Source: Elusimicrobia bacterium UBA6262
Lineage (GTDB): Bacteria; CAYTYR01; UBA6262
Length of the DNA: 64,000 bases
Direction of reading: 5' to 3'
NCBI GenBank assembly: GCA_002441095.1
Contig: DJVG01000032.1
Location: 59-64,058, forward strand
Below the pieces are notes generated by a model, which was not told where the DNA came from, searched no databases, and was given only the letters and a program-made list of their open reading frames with translations. A program made the position numbers and the translations under genes. Shown in pieces: positions 28,536 through 37,789 of the stretch. Positions within the stretch are counted from its first letter, which is position 1; every line of letters starts with the position of its first letter.

Positions 28536-29630
28536 ATGGGACAAAAAGACTTTGATGCTTTAGAACAACGCGTCCAGGAATTATCCATGTTACTGGAGTT
28601 GAATAAGATCATTATCTCCACTCTGGACCTGGATAAACTGCTTAATTTGATCATGACCTTGGCCGCTCAAGTGGTCCGCTCAGAAGCCAGTTCCTTAATG
28701 TTGCTGGATGAAGCTGCCCAGGAACTTTATTTTAACGTAGCTTTGGGTGAAAAAAGAGAACAGATCAAGCAGATCCGCGTAAAAATAGGCGAGGGAATCG
28801 CCGGTCATGTAGCGCAAACCGGCCTGCCGCTTATTATCAATGATGTTTCCAAAGACTACCGTTTCACTGCCAAATTTGACGACTCTACGCAATTCAAGAC
28901 GAAAAATATCCTCTGTGTCCCGTTGAAAGTAAAAGACAAGGTCATCGGAGTGATGGAAGCTATTAATCAAAAAGAAAAAGGTTATTTTAATATGGATAAC
29001 CAGTACGTCTTGGAGATTTTTGCTTCCCAAGCAGCCGTAGCCATTAATAATGCCCAGTTATTTAAAAAATTGCGGGATGCTTATCTGGGGGCGATCAACG
29101 CCCTGACAGAGGCGATCAACGCCAAGGACCATTATACAGCCGGGCATGTGGACCGGGTGGGAGAGTATGCCCTGTCTATCGCGCAGGCCATGGACCTGGA
29201 TGATGAATTCATAGAAGTGATCAAACAGGCAGCTTTATTGCATGATGTCGGAAAGATCGGGATCCCGGAAGCAGTGTTAAACAAGCCCGGGAAATTAACT
29301 GATGAAGAATACGCTTTAATGAAAAGCCATTCGGCTATGAGTGCCCAAATAGTAAGCCCGATTGGCCTTTCCCCGCGGATAATTGCCGCTATTAAGCAGC
29401 ACCATGAGCGTATCGATGGACACGGGTACCCGGGAGGGTTGCAGGGTGAGGACATCAGCCTAGAAGCCAGGATATTATGCGTTGCTGATACTTATGATGC
29501 TATGATTACTGACCGTCCTTATCGTAAAGGACTAAGCAAAGACATCGCTATGGCTGAACTAAAAAAACACAGCGGCACCCAATTTGATGCCGCTGTTGTG
29601 GAAGCATTTCTTAAAGTGCTAAATAAGTAA
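28536..29630 (+). CDS. GAF domain + HD-GYP domain phosphodiesterase
   Basis: GAF (IGEGIAGHVAQTGLPLIIND...); HDVGKIGIPEAVLNKPGKLTDEEYALMKSHS...HHERIDGHGYPGG. Start at the MGQKD ATG (28536). Confidence 0.85.
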   Translation: MGQKDFDALEQRVQELSMLLELNKIIISTLDLDKLLNLIMTLAAQVVRSEASSLMLLDEAAQELYFNVALGEKREQIKQIRVKIGEGIAGHVAQTGLPLIINDVSKDYRFTAKFDDSTQFKTKNILCVPLKVKDKVIGVMEAINQKEKGYFNMDNQYVLEIFASQAAVAINNAQLFKKLRDAYLGAINALTEAINAKDHYTAGHVDRVGEYALSIAQAMDLDDEFIEVIKQAALLHDVGKIGIPEAVLNKPGKLTDEEYALMKSHSAMSAQIVSPIGLSPRIIAAIKQHHERIDGHGYPGGLQGEDISLEARILCVADTYDAMITDRPYRKGLSKDIAMAELKKHSGTQFDAAVVEAFLKVLNK

Positions 29631-29684
29631 ATACGAGAAGCAGTAATTACGAGAAGCAGTAAGAACGAGAATCAGTCAAAACAA

Positions 29685-29715
29685 AAAGCAGTAAAAGATT
29701 ATTTTTTACTGCTTT
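29685..29715. terminator. Bidirectional intrinsic terminator between the GAF-HD-GYP and LarE-like genes
   Basis: AAAAGCAGTAAAA-gattat-TTTTACTGCTTTT: perfect 13-bp stem with A- and T-rich flanks. The right arm overlaps the last codons of the LarE-like ORF. Confidence 0.6.
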
Positions 29716-30583
29716 TCGTACTTACTGGCAACTGCCTTTCGTTCCGACTGCCTTTCGCCGTGACTGGCAACTCTTCATTCAAACTTCCCATCCTATATCC
29801 TGCCAGGTCTAAACTAATATAAAGATATCCTAATTGTTTAAAATACCGGATTACTTTCTTACGGTTTTTTAAAATCTTTAATAACCCTGAGGGCTCCACT
29901 TCAATCCGGGCCATCGTCCCGTAATCCCGCACTCTGATCTGCCGTAATTTAAGCGTCCGTAAAAACTCTTCGGCCCGGTCTATCCTGGCCAGGTTTTTTC
30001 TTTTAATTTCATGGCCATACGGGATTCGTGATGCTAAACAGGCTAAAGCTGGTTTATTCCAGGTCGGCAAGCCAAACATACGAGACATTTGCCGGATATC
30101 CTTTTTTGTCAAACCGGCTTCTTGTAAAGGGTGCCTGATCCCCAATTCCTTACTGGCCCTGGAGCCTGGCCGGTAATCCTGCAGGTCATCAATATTAGCA
30201 GCATCAGCCACAATACCAAGGTAATTTTCCCGAGCCAGTTTTTTCAACCTGGAAAATAATTCCTTCTTACAGAAATAACAACGCTCAACCGTATTGGCCT
30301 TGAATTTCTTATTTTCCAGCTCGCTGGTCTTTATGATCAGGTGCCTGACCCCTATTTTTTTGGCTAAAGCTTTCGCTTCTTTTAATTCTTTAACCGGATA
30401 AGTCTCAGAAACTGCGGTTACGGCTAGCACTTTACCTGGCAAGACCTGATTAGCCAGATAAACAAGAAAGGTGCTGTCCACTCCCCCACTGAAAGCGATC
30501 AGCACCTGGCGCATTTCCTGCAAAATAGCAGTTAATCTTTTTTGTTTGTTCTTTCTTGGCGGCAAACTAATCCCTCCCCGCAA
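29699..30583 (-). CDS. PP-loop ATP pyrophosphatase, LarE-like ATP-dependent sulfur transferase (COG1606)
   Basis: AFSGGVDSTFLVY...ERCYFCK...DYRPG...LACLASRIPYG aligns with LarE. Start uncertain because the ORF overlaps the CDF gene end by about 50 bp. Confidence 0.7.
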   Translation of the reverse strand: MRGGISLPPRKNKQKRLTAILQEMRQVLIAFSGGVDSTFLVYLANQVLPGKVLAVTAVSETYPVKELKEAKALAKKIGVRHLIIKTSELENKKFKANTVERCYFCKKELFSRLKKLARENYLGIVADAANIDDLQDYRPGSRASKELGIRHPLQEAGLTKKDIRQMSRMFGLPTWNKPALACLASRIPYGHEIKRKNLARIDRAEEFLRTLKLRQIRVRDYGTMARIEVEPSGLLKILKNRKKVIRYFKQLGYLYISLDLAGYRMGSLNEELPVTAKGSRNERQLPVSTKSSKK

Positions 30584-31446
30584 GCTTCGGATTCCAGCTG
30601 TAACGTGGTATGAGTGATGCCGAACTTATGATCCAGCACCTCCTCCACTTCTTGCAGTATGGTTGTACCAGTACTAACCTGCTGGTCATCAATCAGTATA
30701 TGTCCGCTCAAGGCATGTAATCCGCTGGTAATGGTCCAAATATGCAAGTCATGCAAATCCCTGACCCCCGGCACTTTTTTTACCTCGGCCACTACCTCTT
30801 GCAAGGCTAAGCCACGCGGTACTGCTTCCAGGAGCACCTCGCCGCTTTCAAAGATCAACTGAAAAGCGCTATGAATTATAAATCCGTTGATCAGAATACT
30901 AACGATCGGGTCGATCATTTTCCAGCCAGTGAAAGCAATAAAAACACCGCCGATGATCACCCCTACGCTGGACAGCGTGTCTCCCAGCATATGGAGCAAG
31001 GCACCTCTTACGTTTAAATTATGCTGGCTTGATTTCTGGAGGATAGTAAGCCCGATGAAATTGCCGATCAGGCCAATGATAGCCACTATCAGCATTAAAC
31101 CGGTTTTGATTTCCGGCGGGTTGAAGAACCGCTGATAGGCCTCATAAAATATCCAGACACTGATCAAGATCAATAATATCCCGTTGGTCAGGGCCGCCAA
31201 TATCTCCAGCCGATGATAACCGAAAGTTTTGTGATGAGTAGGCGGTTTCTGCGCCATTTTAATCGCCCACAAACTCAAGCCTAAAGCGAACGTATCGGTG
31301 AACATATGCCCGGCATCACTAAGTAGGGCTAAGCTATTGGAAACTAAGCCGCCAATAATTTCTGCGATCATGATCACAAAAGTGATAATAAACGCTATGA
31401 TCAATCCTTTTTTATTTGTTTGTTGCTCTTCATGATGATTATGCAT
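30532..31446 (-). CDS. Cation diffusion facilitator family transporter (CzcD/ZitB-like)
   Basis: Six TM helices, His-rich N-terminus MHNHHEE, HMxxD motif, C-terminal cytoplasmic domain. Confidence 0.85.
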   Translation of the reverse strand: MHNHHEEQQTNKKGLIIAFIITFVIMIAEIIGGLVSNSLALLSDAGHMFTDTFALGLSLWAIKMAQKPPTHHKTFGYHRLEILAALTNGILLILISVWIFYEAYQRFFNPPEIKTGLMLIVAIIGLIGNFIGLTILQKSSQHNLNVRGALLHMLGDTLSSVGVIIGGVFIAFTGWKMIDPIVSILINGFIIHSAFQLIFESGEVLLEAVPRGLALQEVVAEVKKVPGVRDLHDLHIWTITSGLHALSGHILIDDQQVSTGTTILQEVEEVLDHKFGITHTTLQLESEACGEGLVCRQERTNKKD

Positions 31447-31453
31447 ATATTCC

Positions 31454-31533
31454 TGCTAGTTTCTAGTCGCTAGTTTCTGGTCGCCAGTTTTTAGGTTTTT
31501 ACTGATAACCAGTTACTAGCGACTAGCGACTGC
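31454..31533. repeat. Direct plus inverted repeats (GCTAGTTTCTRGTCGC x2 / CTAGCGAC x2) spanning the mnmA stop
   Basis: tGCTAGTTTCTAGTCGCTAGTTTCTGGTCGCcag ... agttACTAGCGACTAGCGACtgc: a 10-bp complementary stem with a long loop. Confidence 0.4.
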
Positions 31534-32643
31534 TTTAAGGATCGTTCCTCCTCCAATGATCTTGTTACCTTTATAAAAGACAATAGCTTGTCCAGGGGTT
31601 ATGGCCCATTGCCCGTAACTGAATTTCACTTTAACCCTACCCCGCCCCAGCGGTGAAATAGTACAAGCAGCTGCTTTATGTGCCGAGCGGATCTTGGCCC
31701 TGGCTTTAACGTCACCGGTTAATTTGCTGACATTAGTAAATATTATTTTATTAGCTATTAATTTATCTTGGTAAATATCAGCTTCAGGAGCAACCACCAA
31801 AATATTTTTCTTTCGATTGATCTCTTTCACATATAATGGCTGGGCTGCAGCTATTCCTAATCCCTTGCGTTGGCCAATTGTATAGTACGGCAAACCCTGA
31901 TGTATGCCTAATCTTTTTCCCTTTATATCAGTGATGGGCCCTTTCTTAATTTTACGCCCAATCCTCTCTTTTAGGAACCGGCGATAATCATTATCAGGAA
32001 TAAAACAGATCTCCTGGCTCTCCGGACGATGGGCAGTTGGTAATCCGGTTTTTTGGGCTATGGATCTGACCTGTGCTTTAGTATAATTCCCCAGAGGGAA
32101 TAAAATATGTTTGAGCTGGTCCTGCGTCAGGGTATAAAGGAAATAGGACTGGTCTTTTTTCGGGTCTTTTGCTTTTATTAGAGCGTATTTCTTTTTATTG
32201 TTGTTCCTTTGTATTTTAGCATAATGCCCGGTAGCCAGATATGTTGCCCCCAGCTTTCGTGCCTGGTGCAGTAAATAATCGAATTTTACCAATTCATTGC
32301 ATTTGATACAAGGATTAGGAGTCAGACCAGATTCATAATTATGGCAAAAGTCCTGGATAACTTTTTGCTCAAACAAAACGCGGCAATTGATCACGTAGTG
32401 GGAAATACCCAATTTAGCGGCCACCCGTTTCGCATCTTCTATGGCCCCGATACCACAGCAACTTGTTTCAGGACCAGCGGCAGCTTCACGCGGCCAGAGT
32501 TGCATCGTCAGGCCGATTACTTTATATCCCTGTTTTTGCAATAGTGCCGCAGCTACTGAGGAATCCACCCCCCCGCTCATGGCCGCTGCTACCCTGACTT
32601 CTTTTAATCTGGGTAATCTGCTTTTTTTAATCTGGGTAATCAT
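31516..32643 (-). CDS. mnmA: tRNA-specific 2-thiouridylase
   Basis: VAAAMSGGVDSSVAAALL...GLTMQLW..CC..CN: MnmA motifs. Confidence 0.85.
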   Translation of the reverse strand: MITQIKKSRLPRLKEVRVAAAMSGGVDSSVAAALLQKQGYKVIGLTMQLWPREAAAGPETSCCGIGAIEDAKRVAAKLGISHYVINCRVLFEQKVIQDFCHNYESGLTPNPCIKCNELVKFDYLLHQARKLGATYLATGHYAKIQRNNNKKKYALIKAKDPKKDQSYFLYTLTQDQLKHILFPLGNYTKAQVRSIAQKTGLPTAHRPESQEICFIPDNDYRRFLKERIGRKIKKGPITDIKGKRLGIHQGLPYYTIGQRKGLGIAAAQPLYVKEINRKKNILVVAPEADIYQDKLIANKIIFTNVSKLTGDVKARAKIRSAHKAAACTISPLGRGRVKVKFSYGQWAITPGQAIVFYKGNKIIGGGTILKAVASR

Positions 32644-33107
32644 TTTTTCCTAAAAAACAGCCAATTTTTTATATCTTCGCCTGGTTTTAATTTTACCAGG
32701 TAAAATATCCCCTGTAATTTCTTCCCGCTAATTTCCAAACTATAGGCCTTATCACTTTTCTCCAGTAGCTGGTATGTTCCCTGATCCCAGATCTCTACGG
32801 TACCGGCGCCATATTCGCCGGCTGGGATCGTCCCGGTAAATTTTTCATAACCAAGCGGATGGTCCTCAACTGCTACAGCTAAGCGCTTTACTGCCGGATC
32901 TGCTGACGGCTCTTTCGGCACAGCCCAGCTTTTCAGCACGCCGTCCATTTCCAACCGCAGGTCATAATGCAAATGGCTCGCCTTATGCTTCTGGATAACA
33001 TATACCAGGTTCTTACGACCAACGACCAACGATGAACTACGAACGGCTTCACCCGGCTCCGCAGTCTTCTTAAAATCCCTTTTCTTCTTATATTCTGTTA
33101 AACCCAT
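32640..33107 (-). CDS. Standalone DNA ligase D 3'-phosphoesterase (LigD-PE) domain protein
   Basis: MGLTEYKKKRDFKKTAEPGE...YVIQKHKASHLHYDLRLEMDGVLKSWAVPKEPS matches the LigD PE domain signature. 155 aa with no ligase or polymerase domain; stop overlaps the mnmA start. Confidence 0.75.
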   Translation of the reverse strand: MGLTEYKKKRDFKKTAEPGEAVRSSSLVVGRKNLVYVIQKHKASHLHYDLRLEMDGVLKSWAVPKEPSADPAVKRLAVAVEDHPLGYEKFTGTIPAGEYGAGTVEIWDQGTYQLLEKSDKAYSLEISGKKLQGIFYLVKLKPGEDIKNWLFFRKK

Positions 33108-33326
33108 TATAATAATCCACCTTTTGTAAGCAATCAGGGAACTCGGTTGTTTTTTGAGCGAGCTTGTCGATTTTAGCCAATCCTCCAAAAAGATCGGCGC
33201 CTGCCCGCCAGAGTTTGGTGGAGGGGATCAGCCTGCGGCTGAAGCAAGTATTGAGTTTTAAGACCTTTAGCTAAGCGCGACCAAAGGGAGTCCGCCAGTC
33301 TATTTGGCGGAAATAAAAATAACCAG

Positions 33327-33974
33327 TTACCTGATAGGAAAGAACTTTTTATAGCTGGGGCAAAGTTTGTTTAGGACACAAGCCGGGCATTTTGGTTTTT
33401 TGGCATCACAGATCTTCCGGCCATGATCGATCAGCAGATATGAAAACTTACCCCAGAGCTGCTGCGGCACCAGTTTCATCAAGTCCTGCTCGATCTTTTC
33501 CGGATCATTGTTCTTGGTCAATCCCAGCCGCTGGGAGAGACGGCGGACATGCGTATCCACCGGAATGCCGGCAATCACCCCATAAGCATTGAACAGGACA
33601 ATGTTGCCGGTTTTACGCGCCACTCCCGGTAGTTCCAGTATTTCTTCCATGGTCGCGGGTATTCTGCCATGGTATTTCTTTACTAACAGCTGGGCCGCAG
33701 CAATAATATTTTTAGCTTTATTATGATAAAAGCCGGTAGAATATATTTCCTGTTCTAATTCTTTTAAATCAGCCTGGGCATAACCATTTATATTTTTATA
33801 TTTATTGAAAATTAACGGCGTAACTTTATTCACAGTCACATCCGTGGACTGCGCTGAAAGAATAGTCGCTACCAGTAATTCCATGGGGTTGGAAAAATTA
33901 AGGGCGATCTTTGCCGCCGGATACTCCCTGGCCAGCAAAGCAATGACCTTTTCTGTTCTTTCTTTTATGTTCAT
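33327..33974 (-). CDS. nth: Endonuclease III
   Basis: HhH-GPD domain; 4Fe-4S motif C..KKPKCPACVLNKLC. Confidence 0.85.
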   Translation of the reverse strand: MNIKERTEKVIALLAREYPAAKIALNFSNPMELLVATILSAQSTDVTVNKVTPLIFNKYKNINGYAQADLKELEQEIYSTGFYHNKAKNIIAAAQLLVKKYHGRIPATMEEILELPGVARKTGNIVLFNAYGVIAGIPVDTHVRRLSQRLGLTKNNDPEKIEQDLMKLVPQQLWGKFSYLLIDHGRKICDAKKPKCPACVLNKLCPSYKKFFPIR

Positions 33975-33990
33975 TGGCTTTTATGGGGCC

Positions 33991-36348
33991 TTACAGCTTT
34001 ATTTTCTTCAGTCTTAGGGAGTTGCCCACTACCGTTAACGATGAACCAAACATGGCTATTTCAGCCACCACCGGATGCAGTAAGCCCATCATCGCCAGCG
34101 GGATACACAATATATTATAGAAAAAAGCCCAAAACAGGTTTTGCTTTATCTTTTTAAACGTTTCCCGGGATAAGATCATGGCCGCGACTACTGACTGCAG
34201 ATTTCCTTTAACCAGGGTCACATCACTGGCGGAAATAGCAATGTCAGTCCCAGTTCCCAGGGCTATGCCGACATTAGCCTGTTTTAGGGCCGGAGCATCG
34301 TTGATGCCATCGCCAACCATAGCCACCAGCTTGTTCTCTTCCTGCAGTTCCTTTATTTTTTGCACTTTCTGGCCAGGAAATACCTCCGCCACTACTTCAT
34401 CAATACCAACTTGCTTCGCAATAGACTGGGCGGATTTTATATTGTCTCCCGTCAGCATCACGGTTTTAATACCCCAGGATTTTAACTTTTTTATACTGGC
34501 GGCGGAATTTTCTTTCAGGGGGTCACTGATCCCAAACCCGCCGAGTACTTTATCGTCAAAAGCTGCTAAGACAATAGTCCGGGATTGTTGCTCCAAAATA
34601 TCAATATCGTTATGTAACGCTGTAGCATCTAAATTATTTTCCTGTAAAAATCTTTGGCTGCCGACGAATACTTTTTTGCCTTCAATTTCTCCCTTGACAC
34701 CCTGGCCAATAACCGCGCTAAACTTGTCTACGGCCAGTAAATTAATATTCTGTTCCTGGGATTTGGCCACTATCGCCCAGCCCAAAGGATGTTCAGAATT
34801 ATTCTCCACGCTGGCCGCAATGCCCAGCAGGAAATTCGGCAGGTCCCCAGGGGCGGTGAATATATCTGTTACTTCGGGACGGCCTTTAGTAATCGTGCCT
34901 GTTTTATCAAAAACTATAGTTTGGATCTTGCCCATGGTCTGGATAGATTCACCATTCCTGATCAGGATACCATGCTGGGCTCCTAAACCGCTGGCCATCA
35001 TTAAGGCGGTTGGCGTCGCTAACCCTAAGGCGCAGGGACAGGCAATCACTAGTACTGCTACCGCGCTGTATACAGCTGCTGATACATTAGCGATAAACAG
35101 CCAGGTAATAAAGGTTATTAAGGCTATGCTAAAAATCACCGGGACAAAATACCCGGTTATTTTATCAGCCAGTTCCTGGATAGGTATTTTTGATCCCTGG
35201 CACTCTTCCACCAGTTTAATGACCTGGGCCAGGAAGGTATCCTGTCCGATTTTGGTGGCCCTGATTTGCAATACCCCTTCCTGGTTAAGGGTCGCGCCGA
35301 TAACTTTGTCCCCGGCCTGGCAGGTCACTGGCATAGATTCACCGGTAGCCATAGACTCATCCACACTGGAAATCCCTGATATAACCTCGCCATCTGTGGG
35401 GATTTTCTCACCTGGTTTAACCAGCATGATATCTCCCACTTTCACTTCGCTTAAAGGAACCTCTTGCTCCTGGCCATGGACCAGTAAACGCGCAGTTTTG
35501 GCTTCCAGTTTCAGTAATTTCTTGATCGCTTGTGAAGCTCTGCCTTTAGTCAGCGTTTCCAGGTATTTTCCCACCAGGTGGAAAGACATGATCATCGCGG
35601 CAACCGGAGCATAAGAATGCATCGGAAAGGATAAGCTGGCCAGGCCGGTCCCATACGATACCAGCGTTCCCAGGGAGATCAGACTGTCCATACCGAGGTT
35701 TAGGAATTTTACAGAGTTATACGCGCCACGGTGAGTACGCCAACCAGCCATGAACACCGGGGGAAAGGCCAGCGCCAGATACCACCAGTTCAAATTAGGT
35801 ATATTGACTTTAAAAACCATTTCTACGGTCATCAGCAGCATCACCGGAATAGTGAAGCCCCACGCCAACGCCAAGCGTCTCCTGGCCTGCCGGAAATATA
35901 TCTCTTCTATATTTGCTAGTTGCTCTTCCTTGACTGCCCCATAACCAGAATCTTCAATTGCCCGGTACAATATTTCCTTATCAGTTTTGGTAGGATCATA
36001 TTCGACCAAGGCTTTCTCGCTGGCAAAATTCACATTAGCCTGGGCTACTCCCGGCACTACTGATAAAGCCTTAGTGATAGTTCGCGCACAGGAAGTACAA
36101 GTCATCCCGGTAATGCCAATATTGATCTTATTCAGTGAATCAGGCTTAACAGAAAGAGATGGGGCAGTCCCATTAGCTTCAGCGTACATTGATCCAGCCG
36201 GAGAGCCGGATAGATAGTGTTTCTGATCCTGCTCAAAACTCTTTTTGCAGCCTGGGGAACAAAAGTAATATTCCCGGCCTTTATATTCTGACTGCAGAGA
36301 AGACGGCTGCTCTTCTACCTCCATACCACATACCGGATCTTTGGCCAT
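33991..36348 (-). CDS. copA: Copper-translocating P-type ATPase
   Basis: N-terminal CGMEV (TRASH/YHS-like) and [14 protein letters not shown]; CPC motif [12 protein letters not shown]; DKTGT; GDGINDAP. Confidence 0.85.
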   Translation of the reverse strand: MAKDPVCGMEVEEQPSSLQSEYKGREYYFCSPGCKKSFEQDQKHYLSGSPAGSMYAEANGTAPSLSVKPDSLNKINIGITGMTCTSCARTITKALSVVPGVAQANVNFASEKALVEYDPTKTDKEILYRAIEDSGYGAVKEEQLANIEEIYFRQARRRLALAWGFTIPVMLLMTVEMVFKVNIPNLNWWYLALAFPPVFMAGWRTHRGAYNSVKFLNLGMDSLISLGTLVSYGTGLASLSFPMHSYAPVAAMIMSFHLVGKYLETLTKGRASQAIKKLLKLEAKTARLLVHGQEQEVPLSEVKVGDIMLVKPGEKIPTDGEVISGISSVDESMATGESMPVTCQAGDKVIGATLNQEGVLQIRATKIGQDTFLAQVIKLVEECQGSKIPIQELADKITGYFVPVIFSIALITFITWLFIANVSAAVYSAVAVLVIACPCALGLATPTALMMASGLGAQHGILIRNGESIQTMGKIQTIVFDKTGTITKGRPEVTDIFTAPGDLPNFLLGIAASVENNSEHPLGWAIVAKSQEQNINLLAVDKFSAVIGQGVKGEIEGKKVFVGSQRFLQENNLDATALHNDIDILEQQSRTIVLAAFDDKVLGGFGISDPLKENSAASIKKLKSWGIKTVMLTGDNIKSAQSIAKQVGIDEVVAEVFPGQKVQKIKELQEENKLVAMVGDGINDAPALKQANVGIALGTGTDIAISASDVTLVKGNLQSVVAAMILSRETFKKIKQNLFWAFFYNILCIPLAMMGLLHPVVAEIAMFGSSLTVVGNSLRLKKIKL

Positions 36349-36351
36349 AAA

Positions 36352-36520
36352 TCACCTATAATTTCTAAATTCTAATATCTAATTTCTCCCCTGCTGATCC
36401 CGATAAGTCGGGATCAAAGACGCGGGGACAGGTAAACAAATTCAAAATCCGAATTTCTAAACTTTTGCTATTTGAATTTTGAAAATTTGATATTGTTTAG
36501 AGATTAGGATTTAGTATTTA
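36352..36520. repeat. AT-rich dispersed element, copy 1 (upstream of copA), carrying a GC-rich palindromic insertion
   Basis: Shared blocks CTAATATCTAA, AATTTCTAAAC, TTGAAAATT, TTGTTTAGA..ATTTAG appear in the same order as at 56127-56232. This copy has an extra tctCCCCtgctGATCCCGAtaaGTCGGGATCaaagacgcGGGGa. Confidence 0.55.
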
Positions 36521-37759
36521 GGCTTTGTTAAACAGTTGGGCCATATCAAAAGTTTCGTTCAAAATAGTCTCTTTGAACTTGCCAATATCAATTTGCTGAT
36601 TGATGATCTTGGTCCAGGATAGGATATCTTTCCGGTCATTAATCAAGATAACTCCCCCGACTTTATTAGCCTTCACCAAAAGCTTGATATATGTACCCTT
36701 CTCCGGATCAGACCGGCGCATAACATCATAAGCGTTTTCCGGAGGATTGGAATCCCCTAAACAGGTAAGATCGATCCCGGCAATCTTCAGGGTACTGCTT
36801 GGCAGTGATCCCTTATACACCAGCTTAGGCCCGTTAAGCGCATTAAAAGCGACGGTCTGAGCCTGGGCCAAGGCTACCGGGATAATTCCATACACCTGGT
36901 TATCGAATTCAGCCACATCACCGCAGGCATAAATATGTTCATCATCAGTTTGCAAAAATTTGTTTACCACTACCCCTTTACTTACTTTTAAACCTGCCGT
37001 CTTGGCTAATTCAATGTTAGGGCAGATACCCGCGGCGGTGATGACAATATGCGCCGGGATCACTTCCCCGCCTTTCAGGGTCACGCTTTCTACCTGGTCG
37101 TCCCCATTGATAGAAATACACTCAGATTCCAATTTAAATTTAATCCCCATACTTTCCAGCTTGGTTTTTAAGATTTCCGACCCTTGCGCGTCAATCTGCC
37201 GTGATAGCAGGCTGGCATTGTGTTCTATGACTATCGGCTCCAGGCCTGCTCCCAACATGGCAGACGCTGTCTCCAAGCCTAAAAATCCGCCGCCGATAAT
37301 CACCGCTTTTCTTTTGTCGGTATCACTAGCCGGCTTCAGAGGGCTGAGATATTCCAGTATATTTTGCGCATCATTAATAGTGCGCAGGCTAAAAGAGCCT
37401 TTTTTCTTAACCCCTTCTACTGCGGGGATACTGCTTTTAGCCCCGTTAGCCAGGACCAGGCAATCATAAGGGTACTGTTCACCGTTCTCTAATTCTATGT
37501 TTTTTGATTTTTCATTTATTTTTACTACTTTTTTCCCAAACTTAACTTTAATTTTCTTTTCCGTATACCAGGCCCAGTTATAAAAATATATTTCTTCGTG
37601 CTTGATGCGGCCGGCTAAAAACTCTATCAGTATCGGTTTGGGATAATAATGCTCGTTTTCTTCGGTAAAAATAGTTACCTCTGCGTCCTCGCTCTGGGTC
37701 CGGAAGAACTTGGCCACTGTTATCCCGCATACGCCATTACCTATAATTATTAATTTCAT
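36518..37759 (-). CDS. FAD/NAD(P)-dependent pyridine nucleotide-disulfide oxidoreductase (NADH:rubredoxin reductase-like)
   Basis: MKLIIIGNGVCGITVA (FAD GxGxxG) and VIIGGGFLGLE (NAD GxGxxG). Confidence 0.7.
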   Translation of the reverse strand: MKLIIIGNGVCGITVAKFFRTQSEDAEVTIFTEENEHYYPKPILIEFLAGRIKHEEIYFYNWAWYTEKKIKVKFGKKVVKINEKSKNIELENGEQYPYDCLVLANGAKSSIPAVEGVKKKGSFSLRTINDAQNILEYLSPLKPASDTDKRKAVIIGGGFLGLETASAMLGAGLEPIVIEHNASLLSRQIDAQGSEILKTKLESMGIKFKLESECISINGDDQVESVTLKGGEVIPAHIVITAAGICPNIELAKTAGLKVSKGVVVNKFLQTDDEHIYACGDVAEFDNQVYGIIPVALAQAQTVAFNALNGPKLVYKGSLPSSTLKIAGIDLTCLGDSNPPENAYDVMRRSDPEKGTYIKLLVKANKVGGVILINDRKDILSWTKIINQQIDIGKFKETILNETFDMAQLFNKA

Positions 37760-37789
37760 GGAGCCTCCGTCAAAAACCGAATTAATTTC

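Noticed and set aside
33190-33230. SAM-I riboswitch-like GGTGGAGGGGA segment in the long spacer upstream of the LigD-PE gene
   Set aside because: The match is short, lies on the plus strand with no downstream plus-strand gene, and the flanking conserved SAM-I helices are absent. It is kept only as part of the possible structured-spacer finding.
33108-33326. tRNA or other canonical RNA gene in the larger intergenic spacers (33108-33326, 43859-44087, 54809-55028, 49127-49308)
   Set aside because: No GTTCGAATC-type T-loop or cloverleaf-compatible inverted repeats were seen by eye. This cannot be excluded without tRNAscan or Infernal.
34178-35614. 478-aa plus-strand ORF inside copA, and other long antisense ORFs (for example 43196-43810, 47675-48331, 16613-17279, 21700-22212)
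   Set aside because: They lie entirely antisense to strongly supported minus-strand genes, have low-complexity Ser/Pro/Ala-rich translations typical of antisense frames, and lack SD sequences or recognisable domains.
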